Assembly (NCBI RefSeq): GCF_009914755.1
Contig: NC_060948.1
Reading direction: 5' to 3' (one strand)
DNA from: the human T2T-CHM13v2.0 reference genome, Homo sapiens
DNA length: 64,000 bases
Shown: positions 19,519 to 38,829 of the stretch, one piece after another
How the letters are laid out: each line of letters opens with the position of its first letter
Position numbering within the stretch: position 1 is the stretch's first letter
Notes under the pieces: model-generated
Seen by the model: only the letters and a program-made list of their open reading frames with translations
Database searches by the model: none
What the model was told of the DNA's origin: nothing
Translations under genes and position numbers: made by a program

Positions 19519-21639
19519 AGATCCATATTTTTTAAATGAAAAAAAATTTCAAAGGTACTCTGCTTGGTACAATAATCAAATGTATAAACTGAGGAATAAA
19601 ACATAACCATGAAACCTACTTATAACTGCATATGGAAAATACAGAGGATAATTTTTTAAATAACATATTTTGAAAGCCTTAACTAGTAATTTGAAGAGTT
19701 GGCATTTGAAAGGCCAGTATGAATATACCTTCAAAGCAGCAACACAGGTTCCCCATGAGAAAAAGCAAACACAGGGAAAATAAAAACACAAAGGTTCAAT
19801 CTCTTCTGACCTTTGAAAGACACAGCACAGACAGTGGTCCTTAGGACGAAGAGCAGGAGACCCCTAATTCCGTCACCATGGCGATAGGGCATAAACATTG
19901 CTGGGTGAGGGCACAATCCACATTGTGAGGTCCAACTGCTGCCAGGAAGACAGGAGTGCTTTTACATAGACCGAAAGGTCATTGAAGGCTCAGAGTTTTG
20001 TTTCAAGAACTGAATCCCAAGCCCACACGTTATTACGCTGCGCTTCTTAAAACAAGTTATGAGATGGGAAAAAGGGCACCCACAAACATACGTATACATT
20101 ATGTATATAATAATATACAGTATCATATATATAATATATATAACCTATGTATAATATTGTTTTACATCCTGCATCTTATGTTATATATATTGTATAAAAT
20201 ATAATAATTGATAATATATAAGTTTTATAATTATACAATATGACATATAGTATATATTATAATTTATGACATATATAATATATGTTATATATCATATATA
20301 GAATATATTATACGGTTAATATACGTATTAAATATAAATTATACATTATATATATTATATATAATATATCTGTTATATATAATACACATTATGCATAATA
20401 TATATATTATGTCTATGTTATATATAGTATAAAACAACATATAATAATATATAATTGTATATATAAAATGCGACATATAATATATATTATATTTTATAAC
20501 ATATGTAATATATATTATATATAATACGTTGTATGTATAATACCTATATTAAATATATATTATATGACTATGTTATTAATTACATGTCACATGTGTTATA
20601 TATTATATATTTTACATAGAATATACCGGTTACATACAATATATACTATGTTACCTATAATGTATAATTTATTACATGTAAAATAAAGAATGCAATATAT
20701 TATGTATAATTTATAATATACAATATGTGGAATGTGATATATATAACATATAATATATGATATATGATATACAGTATATGATATATAACATACAATATAT
20801 GATTCCTAATATATATGGTATACAATATATATTTTATGATATGTATTCTATATGTTTTATATTCTGTTATATATAACTATTTGAAATTATATATAACTGT
20901 ATAATATTTTATGAAAATATGTAATATAATATATATAACTATATAATATATTATATATAACTATATATTATGTTATATATACTTTTATAACATAATTTAC
21001 ATAAAATATCATAATATAATATATATTATATTATTTCATATTACATAATATATATTACATATCACCCAATATAACTAACATACATAATATTATAATATAG
21101 ATTATATTGTGTTATATTAAATATCATATATATCATGTATCATATATTCTATAATATATATTACACATTATATAATATGTATGTTGTTTATTATGTGATA
21201 TATATAACTCTATATATAATTATATTTTTATACATATAACTAGATAAACATGTAATTCTACATATTTTCATTTATAATATGTAGAATTATATAATCATAT
21301 ATAATTATTTATATTCTATAAAAAATTTTATCATTATATAAATTATAATATATAAAAATTATAATATGTACTACAAATATATATATTATATATCATATAT
21401 GATATAGTACCTTTGTTATATATCATAATACATATAAATGTGTATTATGTTATCTATAATTATATAATTTCATATATAAGATGTATAATATGTATCATAT
21501 ATTATATATGTTATGTAACATATATAGTATATATAAGATGACACAGGATAAATATTATATACTATGACATATAAAATATATGAGGTTATATGTTACATAT
21601 AAGGCATAGCACATAACATGTAATATATATCATATATAA

Positions 21640-21931
21640 TTTTTTTTTAGACAGAATCTTGTCCTGTTGCACAGGGTGGTGTACAATGGCGCCATCTTTG
21701 CTCACTGCAACTTCTGCCTCACGGGTCCAAGCGATTGTCCTCCCTCAGCCTCCCAGGTAGCTGGGACTACACCACACTGGGACTACACCAGCTGCCACCA
21801 TGCCTAGCTAATTTTTTGGATTTTTAGTAGTGACAGCCTTTCACTGTATTGGCCAGGATGATCTTGATCTCTTCACCTTGTGATCCCCTTGCCTTGGCCT
21901 CCAAATTTGCTGGGATTACAGGCCTGAGCCA
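21640..21931 (-). mobile_element. Alu fragment of DYZ2 unit
   Basis: Near-identical copy of 2306-2597. Confidence 0.95.
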
Positions 21932-24029
21932 AGATCCATATTTTTTAAATGAAAAAAAATTTCAAAGGTACTCTGCTTGGTACAATAATCAAATGTATAA
22001 ACTGAGGAATAAAACATAACCATGAAACCTACTTATAACTGCATATGGAAAATACAGAGGATAATTTTTTAAATAACATATTTTGAAAGCCTTAACTAGT
22101 AATTTGAAGAGTTGGCATTTGAAAGGCCAGTATGAATATACCTTCAAAGCAGCAACACAGGTTCCCCATGAGAAAAAGCAAACACAGGGAAAATAAAAAC
22201 ACAAAGGTTCAATCTCTTCTGACCTTTGAAAGACACAGCACAGACAGTGGTCCTTAGGACGAAGAGCAGGAGACCCCTAATTCCGTCACCATGGCGATAG
22301 GGCATAAACATTGCTGAGTGAGGGCACAATCCACATTGTGAGGTCCAACTGCTGCCAGGAAGACAGGAGTGCTTTTACATAGACCGAAAGGTCATTGAAG
22401 GCTCAGAGTTTTGTTTCAAGAACTGAATCCCAAGCCCACACGTTATTAGGCTGTGCTTCTTAAAACAAGTCATGAGATGGGAAAAAGGGCACCCACAAAC
22501 ATACGTATACATTATGTATATAAAAATATACAGTATCATATATATAATATATATAACCTATGTATAATATTGTTTTACATCCTGCATCTTATGTTATATA
22601 TATTGTATAAAATATAATAATTGATAATATATAAGTTTTATAATTATACAATATGACATATAGTATATATTATAATTTATGACATATATAATATATGTTA
22701 TATGTCATATATAGAATATATTATACGGTTAATATACGTATTAAATATAAATTATACATTATATATATTATATATAATATATCTGTTATATATAATACCC
22801 ATTATGCATAATATATATATTATGTCTATGTTATATATAGTATAAAACAACATATAATAATATATAATTGTATGTATAAAATGCGACATATAATATATAT
22901 TATATTTTATAACATATGTAATATATATTATATATAATACGTTGTATGTATAATACCTATATTAAATATATATTATATGACTATGTTATTAATTACATGT
23001 CACATGTGTTATATATTATATATTTTACATAGAATATACCGGTTACATACAATATATACTATGTTACCTATAATGTATAATTGATTACATGTAAAATAAA
23101 GAATGCAATATATTATGTATAATTTATAATATACAATATGTGGAATGTGATATATATAACATATAATATATGATATATGATATACAGTATATGATATATA
23201 ACATACAATATATGATTCCTAATATATATGGTATACAATATATATTTTATGATATGTATTCTATATGTTTTATATTCTGTTATATATAACTATTTGAAAT
23301 TATATATAACTGTATAATATTTTATGTAAATATGTAATATAATATATATAACTATATAATATATTATATATAACTATATATTATGTTATATATACTTTTA
23401 TAACATAATTTACATAAAATATCATAATATAATATATATTATATTATTTCATATTACATAATATATATTACATATCACCCAATATAACTAACATACATAA
23501 TATTATAATATAGATTATATTGTGTTATATTAAATATCATATATATCATGTATCATATATTCTATAATATATATTACACATTATATAATATGTATGTTGT
23601 CTATTATGTGATATATATAACTCTATATATAATTATATTTTTATACATATAACTAGATAAACATGTAATTCTACATATTTTCATTTATAATATGTAGAAT
23701 TATATAATCATATATAATTATTTATATTCTATAAAAAATTTTATCATTATATAAATTATAATATATAAAAATTATAATATGTACTACAAATATATATATT
23801 ATATATCATATATGATATAGTACCTTTGTTATATATCATAATACATATAAATGTGTATTATGTTATCTATAATTATATAATTTCATATATAAGATGTATA
23901 ATATGTATCATATATTATATATGTTATGTAATATATATAGTATATATAAGATGACACAGGATAAATATTATATACTATGACATATAAAAAATATGAGGTT
24001 ATATGTTACATATAAGGCATAGCACATAA

Positions 24030-24344
<315 letters not shown>

Positions 24345-26442
24345 AGATCCATATTTTTTAAATGAAAAAAAATTTCAAAGGTACTCTGCTTGGTACAATA
24401 ATCAAATGTATAAACTGAGGAATAAAACATAACCATGAAACCTACTTATAACTGCATATGGAAAATACAGAGGATAATTTTTTAAATAACATATTTTGAA
24501 AGCCTTAACTAGTAATTTGAAGAGTTGGCATTTGAAAGGCCAGTATGAATATACCTTCAAAGCAGCAACACAGGTTCCCCATGAGAAAAAGCAAACACAG
24601 GGAAAATAAAAACACAAAGGTTCAATCTCTTCTGACCTTTGAAAGACACAGCACAGACAGTGGTCCTTAGGACGAAGAGCAGGAGACCCCTAATTCCGTC
24701 ACCATGGCGATAGGGCATAAACATTGCTGGGTGAGGGCACAATCCACATTGTGAGGTCCAACTGCTGCCAGGAAGACAGGAGTGCTTTTACATAGACCGA
24801 AAGGTCATTGAAGGCTCAGAGTTTTGTTTCAAGAACTGAATCCCAAGCCCACACGTTATTAGGCTGCGCTTCTTAAAACAAGTTATGAGATGGGAAAAAG
24901 GGCACCCACAAACATACGTATACATTATGTATATAATAATATACAGTATCATATATATAATATATATAACCTATGTATAATATTGGTTTACATCCTGCAT
25001 CTTATGTTATATATATTGTATAAAATATAATAATTGATAATATATAAGTTTTATAATTATACAATATGACATATAGTATATATTATAATTTATGACATAT
25101 ATAATATATGTTATATGTCATATATAGAATATATTATAGGGTTAATATACGTATTAAATATAAATTATACATTATATATATTATATATAATATATCTGTT
25201 ATATATAATACCCATTATGCATAATATATATATTATGTCTATGTTATATATAGTATAAAACAACATATAATAATATATAATTGTATATATAAAATGCGTC
25301 ATATAATATATATTATATTTTATAACATATGTAATATATATTATATATAATACGTTGTATGTATAATACCTATATTAAATATATATTATATGACTATGTT
25401 ATTAATTACATGTCACATGTGTTATATATTATATATTTTACATAGAATATACCGGTTACATACAATATATACTATGTTACCTATAATGTATAATTTATTA
25501 CATGTAAAATAAAGAATGCAATATATTATGTATAATTTATAATATACAATATGTGGAATGTGATATATATAACATATAATATATGATATATGATATACAG
25601 TATATGATATATAACATACAATATATGATTCCTAATATATATGGTATACAATATATATTTTATGATATGTATTCTATATGTTTTATATTCTGTTATATAT
25701 AACTATTTGAAATTATATATAACTGTATAATATTTTATGAAAATATGTAATATAATATATATAACTATATAATATATTATATCTAACTATATATTATGTT
25801 ATATATACTTTTATAACATAATTTACATAAAATATCATAATATAATATATATTATATTATTTCATATTACATAATATATATTACATATCACCCAATATAA
25901 CTAACATACATAATATTATAATATAGATTATATTGTGTTATATTAAATATCATATATATCATGTATCATATATTCTATAATATATATTACACATTATATA
26001 ATATGTATGTTGTCTATTATGTGATATATATAACTCTATATATAATTATATTTTTATACATATAACTAGATAAACATGTAATTCTACATATTTTCATTTA
26101 TACTATGTAGAATTATATAATCATATATAATTATTTATATTCTATAAAAAATTTTATCATTATATAAACTATAATATATAAAAATTATAATATGTACTAC
26201 AAATATATATATTATATATCATATATGATATAGTACCTTTGTTATATATCATAATACATATAAATGTGTATTATGTTATCTATAATTATATAATTTCATA
26301 TATAAGATGTATAATATGTATCATATATTATATATGTTATGTAATATATATAGTATATATAAGATGACACAGGATAAATATTATATACTATGACATATAA
26401 AATATATGAGGTTATATGTTACATATAAGGCATAGCACATAA

Positions 26443-26757
<315 letters not shown>

Positions 26758-28862
26758 AGATCCATATTTTTTAAATGAAAAAAAATTTCAAAGGTACTCT
26801 GCTTGGTACAATAATCAAATGTATAAACTGAGGAATAAAACATAACCATGAAACCTACTTATAACTGCATATGGAAAATACAGAGGATAATTTTTTAAAT
26901 AACATATTTTGAAAGCCTTAACTAGTAATTTGAAGAGTTGGCATTTGAAAGGCCAGTATGAATATACCTTCAAAGCAGCAACACAGGTTCCCCATGAGAA
27001 AAAGCAAACACAGGGGAAATAAAAACACAAAGGTTCAATCTCTTCTGACCTTTGAAAGACACAGCACAGACAGTGGTCCTTAGGACGAAGAGCAGGAGAC
27101 CCCTAATTCCGTCACCATGGCGATAGGGCATAAACATTGCTGGGTGAGGGCACAATCCACATTGTGAGGTCCAACTGCTGCCAGGAAGACAGGAGTGCTT
27201 TTACATAGACCGAAAGGTCATTGAAGGCTCAGAGTTTTGTTTCAAGAACTGAATCCCAAGCCCACACGTTATTAGGCTGTGCTTCTTAAAACAAGTTATG
27301 AGATGGGAAAAAGGGCACCCACAAACATACGTATACATTATGTATATAATAATATACAGTATCATATATATAATATATATAACCTATGTATAATATTGTT
27401 TTACATCCTGCATCTTATGTTATATATATTGTATAAAATATAATAATTGATAATATATAAGTTTTATAATTATACAATATGACATATAGTATATATTATA
27501 ATTTATGACATATATAATATATGTTATATGTCATATATAGAATATATTATACGGTTAATATACGTATTAAATATAAATTATACATTATATATATTATATA
27601 TAATATATCTGTTATATATAATACCCATTATGCATAATATATATATTATGTCTATGTTATATATAGTATAAAACAACATATAATAATATATAATTGTATA
27701 TATAAAATGCGACATATAATATATATTATATTTTATAACATATGTAATATATATTATATATTATATATAATACGTTGTATGTATAATACCTATATTAAAT
27801 ATATATTATATGACTATGTTATTAATTACATGTCACATGTGTTATATATTATATATTTTACATAGAATATACCGGTTACATACAATATATACTATGTTAC
27901 CTATAATGTATAATTTATTACATGTAAAATAAAGAATGCAATATATTATGTATAATTTATAATATACAATATGTGGAATGTGATATATATAACATATAAT
28001 ATATGATATATGATATACAGTATATGATATATAACATACAATATATGATTCCTAATATATATGGTATACAATATATATTTTATGATATGTATTCTATATG
28101 TTTTATATTTTGTTATATATAACTATTTGAAATTATATATAACTGTATAATATTTTATGTAAATATGTAATATAATATATATAACTATATAATATATTAT
28201 ATATAACTATATATTATGTTATATATACTTTTATAACATAATTTACATAAAATATCATAATATAATATATATTATATTATTTCATATTACATAATATATA
28301 TTACATATCACCCAATATAACTAACATACATAATATTATAATATAGATTATATTGTGTTATATTAAATATCATATATATCATGTATCATATATTCTATAA
28401 TATATATTACACATTATATAATATGTATGTTGTCTATTATGTGATATATATAACTCTATATATAATTATATTTTTATACATATAACTAGATAAACATGTA
28501 ATTCTACATATTTTCATTTATACTATGTAGAATTATATAATCATATATAATTATTTATATTCTATAAAAAATTTTATCATTATATAAACTATAATATATA
28601 AAAATTATAATATGTACTACAAATATATATATTATATATCATATATGATATAGTACCTTTGTTATATATCATAATACATATAAATGTGTATTATGTTATC
28701 TATAATTATATAATTTCATATATAAGATGTATAATATGTATCATATATTATATATGTTATGTAACATATATAGTATATATAAGATGACACAGGATAAATA
28801 TTATATACTATGACATATAAAATATATGAGGTTATATGTTACATATAAGGCATAGCACATAA

Positions 28863-29177
<315 letters not shown>

Positions 29178-31275
29178 AGATCCATATTTTTTAAATGAAA
29201 AAAAATTTCAAAGGTACTCTGCTTGGTACAATAATCAAATGTATAAACTGAGGAATAAAACATAACCATGAAACCTGCTTATAACTGCATATGGAAAATA
29301 CAGAGGATAATTTTTTAAATAACATATTTTGAAAGCCTTAACTAGTAATTTGAAGAGTTGGCATTTGAAAGGCCAGTATGAATATACCTTCAAAGCAGCA
29401 ACACAGGTTCCCCATGAGAAAAAGCAAACACAGGGAAAATAAAAACACAAAGGTTCAATCTCTTCTGACCTTTGAAAGACACAGCACAGACAGTGGTCCT
29501 TAGGACGAAGAGCAGGAGACCCCTAATTCCGTCACCATGGCGATAGGGCATAAACATTGCTGGGTGAGGGCACAATCCACATTGTGAGGTCCAACTGCTG
29601 CCAGGAAGACAGGAGTGCTTTTACATAGACCGAAAGGTCATTGAAGGCTCAGAGTTTTGTTTCAAGAACTGAATCCCAAGCCCACACGTTATTAGGCTGC
29701 GCTTCTTAAAACAAGTTATGAGATGGGAAAAAGGGCACCCACAAACATACGTATACATTATGTATATAATAATATACAGTATCATATATATAATATATAT
29801 AACCTATGTATAATATTGTTTTACATCCTGCATCTTATGTTATATATATTGTATAAAATATAATAATTGATAATATATAAGTTTTATAATTATACAATAT
29901 GACATATAGTATATATTATAATTTATGACATATATAATATATGTTATATGTCATATATAGAATATATTATACGGTTAATATACGTATTAAATATAAATTA
30001 TACATTATATATATTATATATAATATATCTGTTATATATAATACCCATTATGCATAATATATATATTATGTCTATGTTATATATAGTATAAAACAACATA
30101 TAATAATATATAATTGTATATATAAAATGCGACATATAATATATATTATATTTTATAACATATGTAATATATATTATATATAATACGTTGTATGTATAAT
30201 ACCTATATTAAATATATATTATATGACTATGTTATTAATTACATGTCACATGTGTTATATATTATATATTTTACATAGAATATACCGGTTACATACAATA
30301 TATACTATGTTACCTATAATGTATAATTTATTACATGTAAAATAAAGAATGCAATATATTATGTATAATTTATAATATACAATATGTGGAATGTGATATA
30401 TATAACATATAATATATGATATATGATATACAGTATATGATATATAACATACAATATATGATTCCTAATATATATGGTATACAATATATATTTTATGATA
30501 TGTATTCTATATGTTTTATATTCTATTATATATAACTATTTGAAATTATATATAACTGTATAATATTTTATGTAAATATGTAATATAATATATATAACTA
30601 TATAATATATTATATATAACTATATATTATGTTATATATACTTTTATAACATAATTTACCTAAAATATCATAATATAATATATATTATATTATTTCATAT
30701 TACATAATATATATTACATATCACCCAATATAACTAACATACATAATATTATAATATAGATTATATTGTGTTATATTAAATATCATATATATCATGTATC
30801 ATATATTCTATAATATATATTACACATTATATAATATGTATGTTGTCTATTATGTGATATATATAACTCTATATATAATTATATTTTTATACATATAACT
30901 AGATAAACATGTAATTCTACATATTTTCATTTATAATATGTAGAATTATATAATCATATATAATTATTTATATTCTATAAAAAATTTTATCATTATATAA
31001 ATTATAATATATAAAAATTATAATATGTACTACAAATATATATATTATATATCATATATGATATAGTACCTTTGTTATATATCATAATACATATAAATGT
31101 GTATTATGTTATCTATAATTATATAATTTCATATATAAGATGTATAATATGTATCATATATTATATATGTTATGTAATATATATAGTATATATAAGATGA
31201 CACAGGATAAATATTATATACTATGACATATAAAATATATGAGGTTATATGTTACATATAAGGCATAGCACATAA

Positions 31276-31590
<315 letters not shown>

Positions 31591-33688
31591 AGATCCATAT
31601 TTTTTAAATGAAAAAAAATCTCAAAGGTACTCTGCTTGGTACAATAATCAAATGTATAAACTGAGGAATAAAACATAACCATGAAACCTACTTATAACTG
31701 CATATGGAAAATACAGAGGATAATTTTTTAAATAACATATTTTGAAAGCCTTAACTAGTAATTTGAAGAGTTGGCATTTGAAAGGCCAGTATGAATATAC
31801 CTTCAAAGCAGCAACACAGGTTCCCCATGAGAAAAAGCAAACACAGGGAAAATAAAAACACAAAGGTTCAATCTCTTCTGACCTTTGAAAGACACAGCAC
31901 AGACAGTGGTCCTTAGGACGAAGAGCAGGAGACCCCTAATTCCGTCACCATGGCGATAGGGCATAAACATTGCTGGGTGAGGGCACAATCCACATTGTGA
32001 GGTCCAACTGCTGCCAGGAAGACAGGAGTGCTTTTACATAGACCGAAAGGTCATTGAAGGCTCAGAGTTTTGTTTCAAGAACTGAATCCCAAGCCCACAC
32101 GTTATTAGGCTGCGCTTCTTAAAACAAGTTATGAGATGGGAAAAAGGGCACCCACAAACATACGTATACATTATGTATATAATAATATACAGTATCATAT
32201 ATATAATATATATAACCTATGTATAATATTGTTTTACATCCTGCATCTTATGTTATATATATTGTATAAAATATAATAATTGATAATATATAAGTTTTAT
32301 AATTATACAATATGACATATAGTATATATTATAATTTATGACATATATAATATATGTTATATGTCATATATAGAATATATTATACGGTTAATATACGTAT
32401 TAAATATAAATTATACATTATATATATTATATATAATATATCTGTTATATATAATACCCATTATGCATAATATATATATTATGTCTATGTTATATATAGT
32501 ATAAAACAACATATAATAATATATAATTGTATATATAAAATGCGTCATATAATATATATTATATTTTATAACATATGTAATATATATTATATATAATACG
32601 TTGTATGTATAATACCTATATTAAATATATATTATATGACTATGTTATTAATTACATGTCACATGTGTTATATATTATATATTTTACATAGAATATACCG
32701 GTTACATACAATATATACTATGTTACCTATAATGTATAATTTATTACATGTAAAATAAAGAATGCAATATATTATGTATAATTTATAATATACAATATGT
32801 GGAATGTGATATATATAACATATAATATATGATATATGATATACAGTATATGATATATAACATACAATATATGATTCCTAATATATATGGTATACAATAT
32901 ATATTTTATGATATGTATTCTATATGTTTTATATTCTGTTATATATAACTATTTGAAATTATATATAACTGTATAATATTTTATGAAAATATGTAATATA
33001 ATATATATAACTATATAATATATTATATATAACTATATATTATGTTATATATACTTTTATAACATAATTTACATAAAATATCATAATATAATATATATTA
33101 TATTATTTCATATTACATAATATATATTACATATCACCCAATATAACTAACATACATAATATTATAATATAGATTATATTGTGTTATATTAAATATCATA
33201 TATATCATGTATCATATATTCTATAATATATATTACACATTATATAATATGTATGTTGTCTATTATGTGATATATATAACTCTATATATAATTATATTTT
33301 TATACATATAACTAGATAAACATGTAATTCTACATATTTTCATTTATACTATGTAGAATTATATAATCATATATAATTATTTATATTCTATAAAAAATTT
33401 TATCATTATATAAACTATAATATATAAAAATTATAATATGTACTACAAATATATATATTATATATCATATATGATATAGTACCTTTGTTATATATCATAA
33501 TACATATAAATGTGTATTATGTTATCTATAATTATATAATTTCATATATAAGATGTATAATATGTATCATATATTATATATGTTATGTAACATATATAGT
33601 ATATATAAGATGACACAGGATAAATATTATATACTATGACATATAAAATATATGAGGTTATATGTTACATATAAGGCATAGCACATAA

Positions 33689-34003
<315 letters not shown>

Positions 34004-36101
34004 AGATCCATATTTTTTAAATGAAAAAAAATTTCAAAGGTACTCTGCTTGGTACAATAATCAAATGTATAAACTGAGGAATAAAACATAACCATGAAAC
34101 CTGCTTATAACTGCATATGGAAAATACAGAGGATAATTTTTTAAATAACATATTTTGAAAGCCTTAACTAGTAATTTGAAGAGTTGGCATTTGAAAGGCC
34201 AGTATGAATATACCTTCAAAGCAGCAACACAGGTTCCCCATGAGAAAAAGCAAACACAGGGAAAATAAAAACACAAAGGTTCAATCTCTTCTGACCTTTG
34301 AAAGACACAGCACAGACAGTGGTCCTTAGGACGAAGAGCAGGAGACCCCTAATTCCGTCACCATGGCGATAGGGCATAAACATTGCTGGGTGAGGGCACA
34401 ATCCACATTGTGAGGTCCAACTGCTGCCAGGAAGACAGGAGTGCTTTTACATAGACCGAAAGGTCATTGAAGGCTCAGAGTTTTGTTTCAAGAACTGAAT
34501 CCCAAGCCCACACATTATTAGGCTGCGCTTCTTAAAACAAGTTATGAGATGGGAAAAAGGGCACCCACAAACATACGTATACATTATGTATATAATAATA
34601 TACAGTATCATATATATAATATATATAACCTATGTATAATATTGTTTTACATCCTGCATCTTATGTTATATATATTGTATAAAATATAATAATTGATAAT
34701 ATATAAGTTTTATAATTATACAATATGACATATAGTATATATTATAATTTATGACATATATAATATATGTTATATGTCATATATAGAATATATTATACGG
34801 TTAATATACGTATTAAATATAAATTATACATTATATATATTATATATAATATATCTGTTATATATAATACCCATTATGCATAATATATATATTATGTCTA
34901 TGTTATATATAGTATAAAACAACATATAATAATATATAATTGTATATATAAAATGCGACATATAATATATATTATATTTTATAACATATGTAATATATAT
35001 TATATATAATACGTTGTATGTATAATACCTATATTAAATATATATTATATGACTATGTTATTAATTAAATGTCACATGTGTTATATATTATATATTTTAC
35101 ATAGAATATACCGGTTACATACAATATATACTATGTTACCTATAATGTATAATTTATTACATGTAAAATAAAGAATGCAATATATTATGTATAATTTATA
35201 ATATACAATATGTGGAATGTGATATATATAACATATAATATATGATATATGATATACAGTATATGATATATAACATACAATATATGATTCCTAATATATA
35301 TGGTATACAATATATATTTTATGATATGTATTCTATATGTTTTATATTCTATTATATATAACTATTTGAAATTATATATAACTGTATAATATTTTATGTA
35401 AATATGTAATATAATATATATAACTATATAATATATTATATATAACTATATATTATGTTATATATACTTTTATAACATAATTTACCTAAAATATCATAAT
35501 ATAATATATATTATATTATTTCATATTACATAATATATATTACATATCACCCAATATAACTAACATACATAATATTATAATATAGATTATATTGTGTTAT
35601 ATTAAATATCATATATATCATGTATCATATATTCTATAATATATATTACACATTATATAATATGTATGTTGTCTATTATGTGATATATATAACTCTATAT
35701 ATAATTATATTTTTATACATATAACTAGATAAACATGTAATTCTACATATTTTCATTTATAATATGTAGAATTATATAATCATATATAATTATTTATATT
35801 CTATAAAAAATTTTATCATTATATAAATTATAATATATAAAAATTATAATATGTACTACAAATATATATATTATATATCATATATGATATAGTACCTTTG
35901 TTATATATCATAATACATATAAATGTGTATTATGTTATCTATAATTATATAATTTCATATATAAGATGTATAATATGTATCATATATTATATATGTTATG
36001 TAATATATATAGTATATATAAGATGACACAGGATAAATATTATATACTATGACATATAAAATATATGAGGTTATATGTTACATATAAGGCATAGCACATA
36101 A

Positions 36102-36416
<315 letters not shown>

Positions 36417-38514
36417 AGATCCATATTTTTTAAATGAAAAAAAATTTCAAAGGTACTCTGCTTGGTACAATAATCAAATGTATAAACTGAGGAATAAAAC
36501 ATAACCATGAAACCTACTTATAACTGCATATGGAAAATACAGAGGATAATTTTTTAAATAACATATTTTGAAAGCCTTAACTAGTAATTTGAAGAGTTGG
36601 CATTTGAAAGGCCAGTATGAATATACCTTCAAAGCAGCAACACAGGTTCCCCATGAGAAAAAGCAAACACAGGGAAAATAAAAACACAAAGGTTCAATCT
36701 CTTCTGACCTTTGAAAGACACAGCACAGACAGTGGTCCTTAGGACGAAGAGCAGGAGACCCCTAATTCCGTCACCATGGCGATAGGGCATAAACATTGCT
36801 GGGTGAGGGCACAATCCACATTGTGAGGTCCAACTGCTGCCAGGAAGACAGGAGTGCTTTTACATAGACCGAAAGGTCATTGAAGGCTCAGAGTTTTGTT
36901 TCAAGAACTGAATCCCAAGCCCACACGTTATTAGGCTGCGCTTCTTAAAACAAGTTATGAGATGGGAAAAAGGGCACCCACAAACATACGTATACATTAT
37001 GTATATAATAATATACAGTATCATATATATAATATATATAACCTATGTATAATATTGTTTTACATCCTGCATCTTATGTTATATATATTGTATAAAATAT
37101 AATAATTGATAATATATAAGTTTTATAATTATACAATATGACATATAGTATATATTATAATTTATGACATATATAATATATGTTATATGTCATATATAGA
37201 ATATATTATACGGTTAATATACGTATTAAATATAAATTATACATTATATATATTATATATAATATATCTGTTATATATAATACCCATTATGCATAATATA
37301 TATATTATGTCTACGTTATATATAGTATAAAACAACATATAATAATATATAATTGTATATATAAAATGCGTCATATAATATATATTATATTTTATAACAT
37401 ATGTAATATATATTATATATAATACGTTGTATGTATAATACCTATATTAAATATATATTATATGACTATGTTATTAATTACATGTCACATGTGTTATATA
37501 TTATATATTTTACATAGAATATACCGGTTACATACAATATATACTATGTTACCTATAATGTATAATTTATTACATGTAAAATAAAGAATGCAATATATTA
37601 TGTATAATTTATAATATACAATATGTGGAATGTGATATATATAACATATAATATATGATATATGATATACAGTATATGATATATAACATACAATATATGA
37701 TTCCTAATATATATGGTATACAATATATATTTTATGATATGTATTCTATATGTTTTATATTCTGTTATATATAACTATTTGAAATTATATATAACTGTAT
37801 AATATTTTATGAAAATATGTAATATAATATATATAACTATATAATATATTATATATAACTATATATTATGTTATATATACTTTTATAACATAATTTACAT
37901 AAAATATCATAATATAATATATATTATATTATTTCATATTACATAATATATATTACATATCACCCAATATAACTAACATACATAATATTATAATATAGAT
38001 TATATTGTGTTATATTAAATATCATATATATCATGTATCATATATTCTATAATATATATTACACATTATATAATATGTATGTTGTCTATTATGTGATATA
38101 TATAACTCTATATATAATTATATTTTTATACATATAACTAGATAAACATGTAATTCTACATATTTTCATTTATAATATGTAGAATTATATAATCATATAT
38201 AATTATTTATATTCTATAAAAAATTTTATCATTATATAAACTATAATATATAAAAATTATAATATGTACTACAAATATATATATTATATATCATATATGA
38301 TATAGTACCTTTGTTATATATCATAATACATATAAATGTGTATTATGTTATCTATAATTATATAATTTCATATATAAGATGTATAATATGTATCATATAT
38401 TATATATGTTATGTAACATATATAGTATATATAAGATGACACAGGATAAATATTATATACTATGACATATAAAATATATGAGGTTATATGTTACATATAA
38501 GGCATAGCACATAA

Positions 38515-38829
<315 letters not shown>
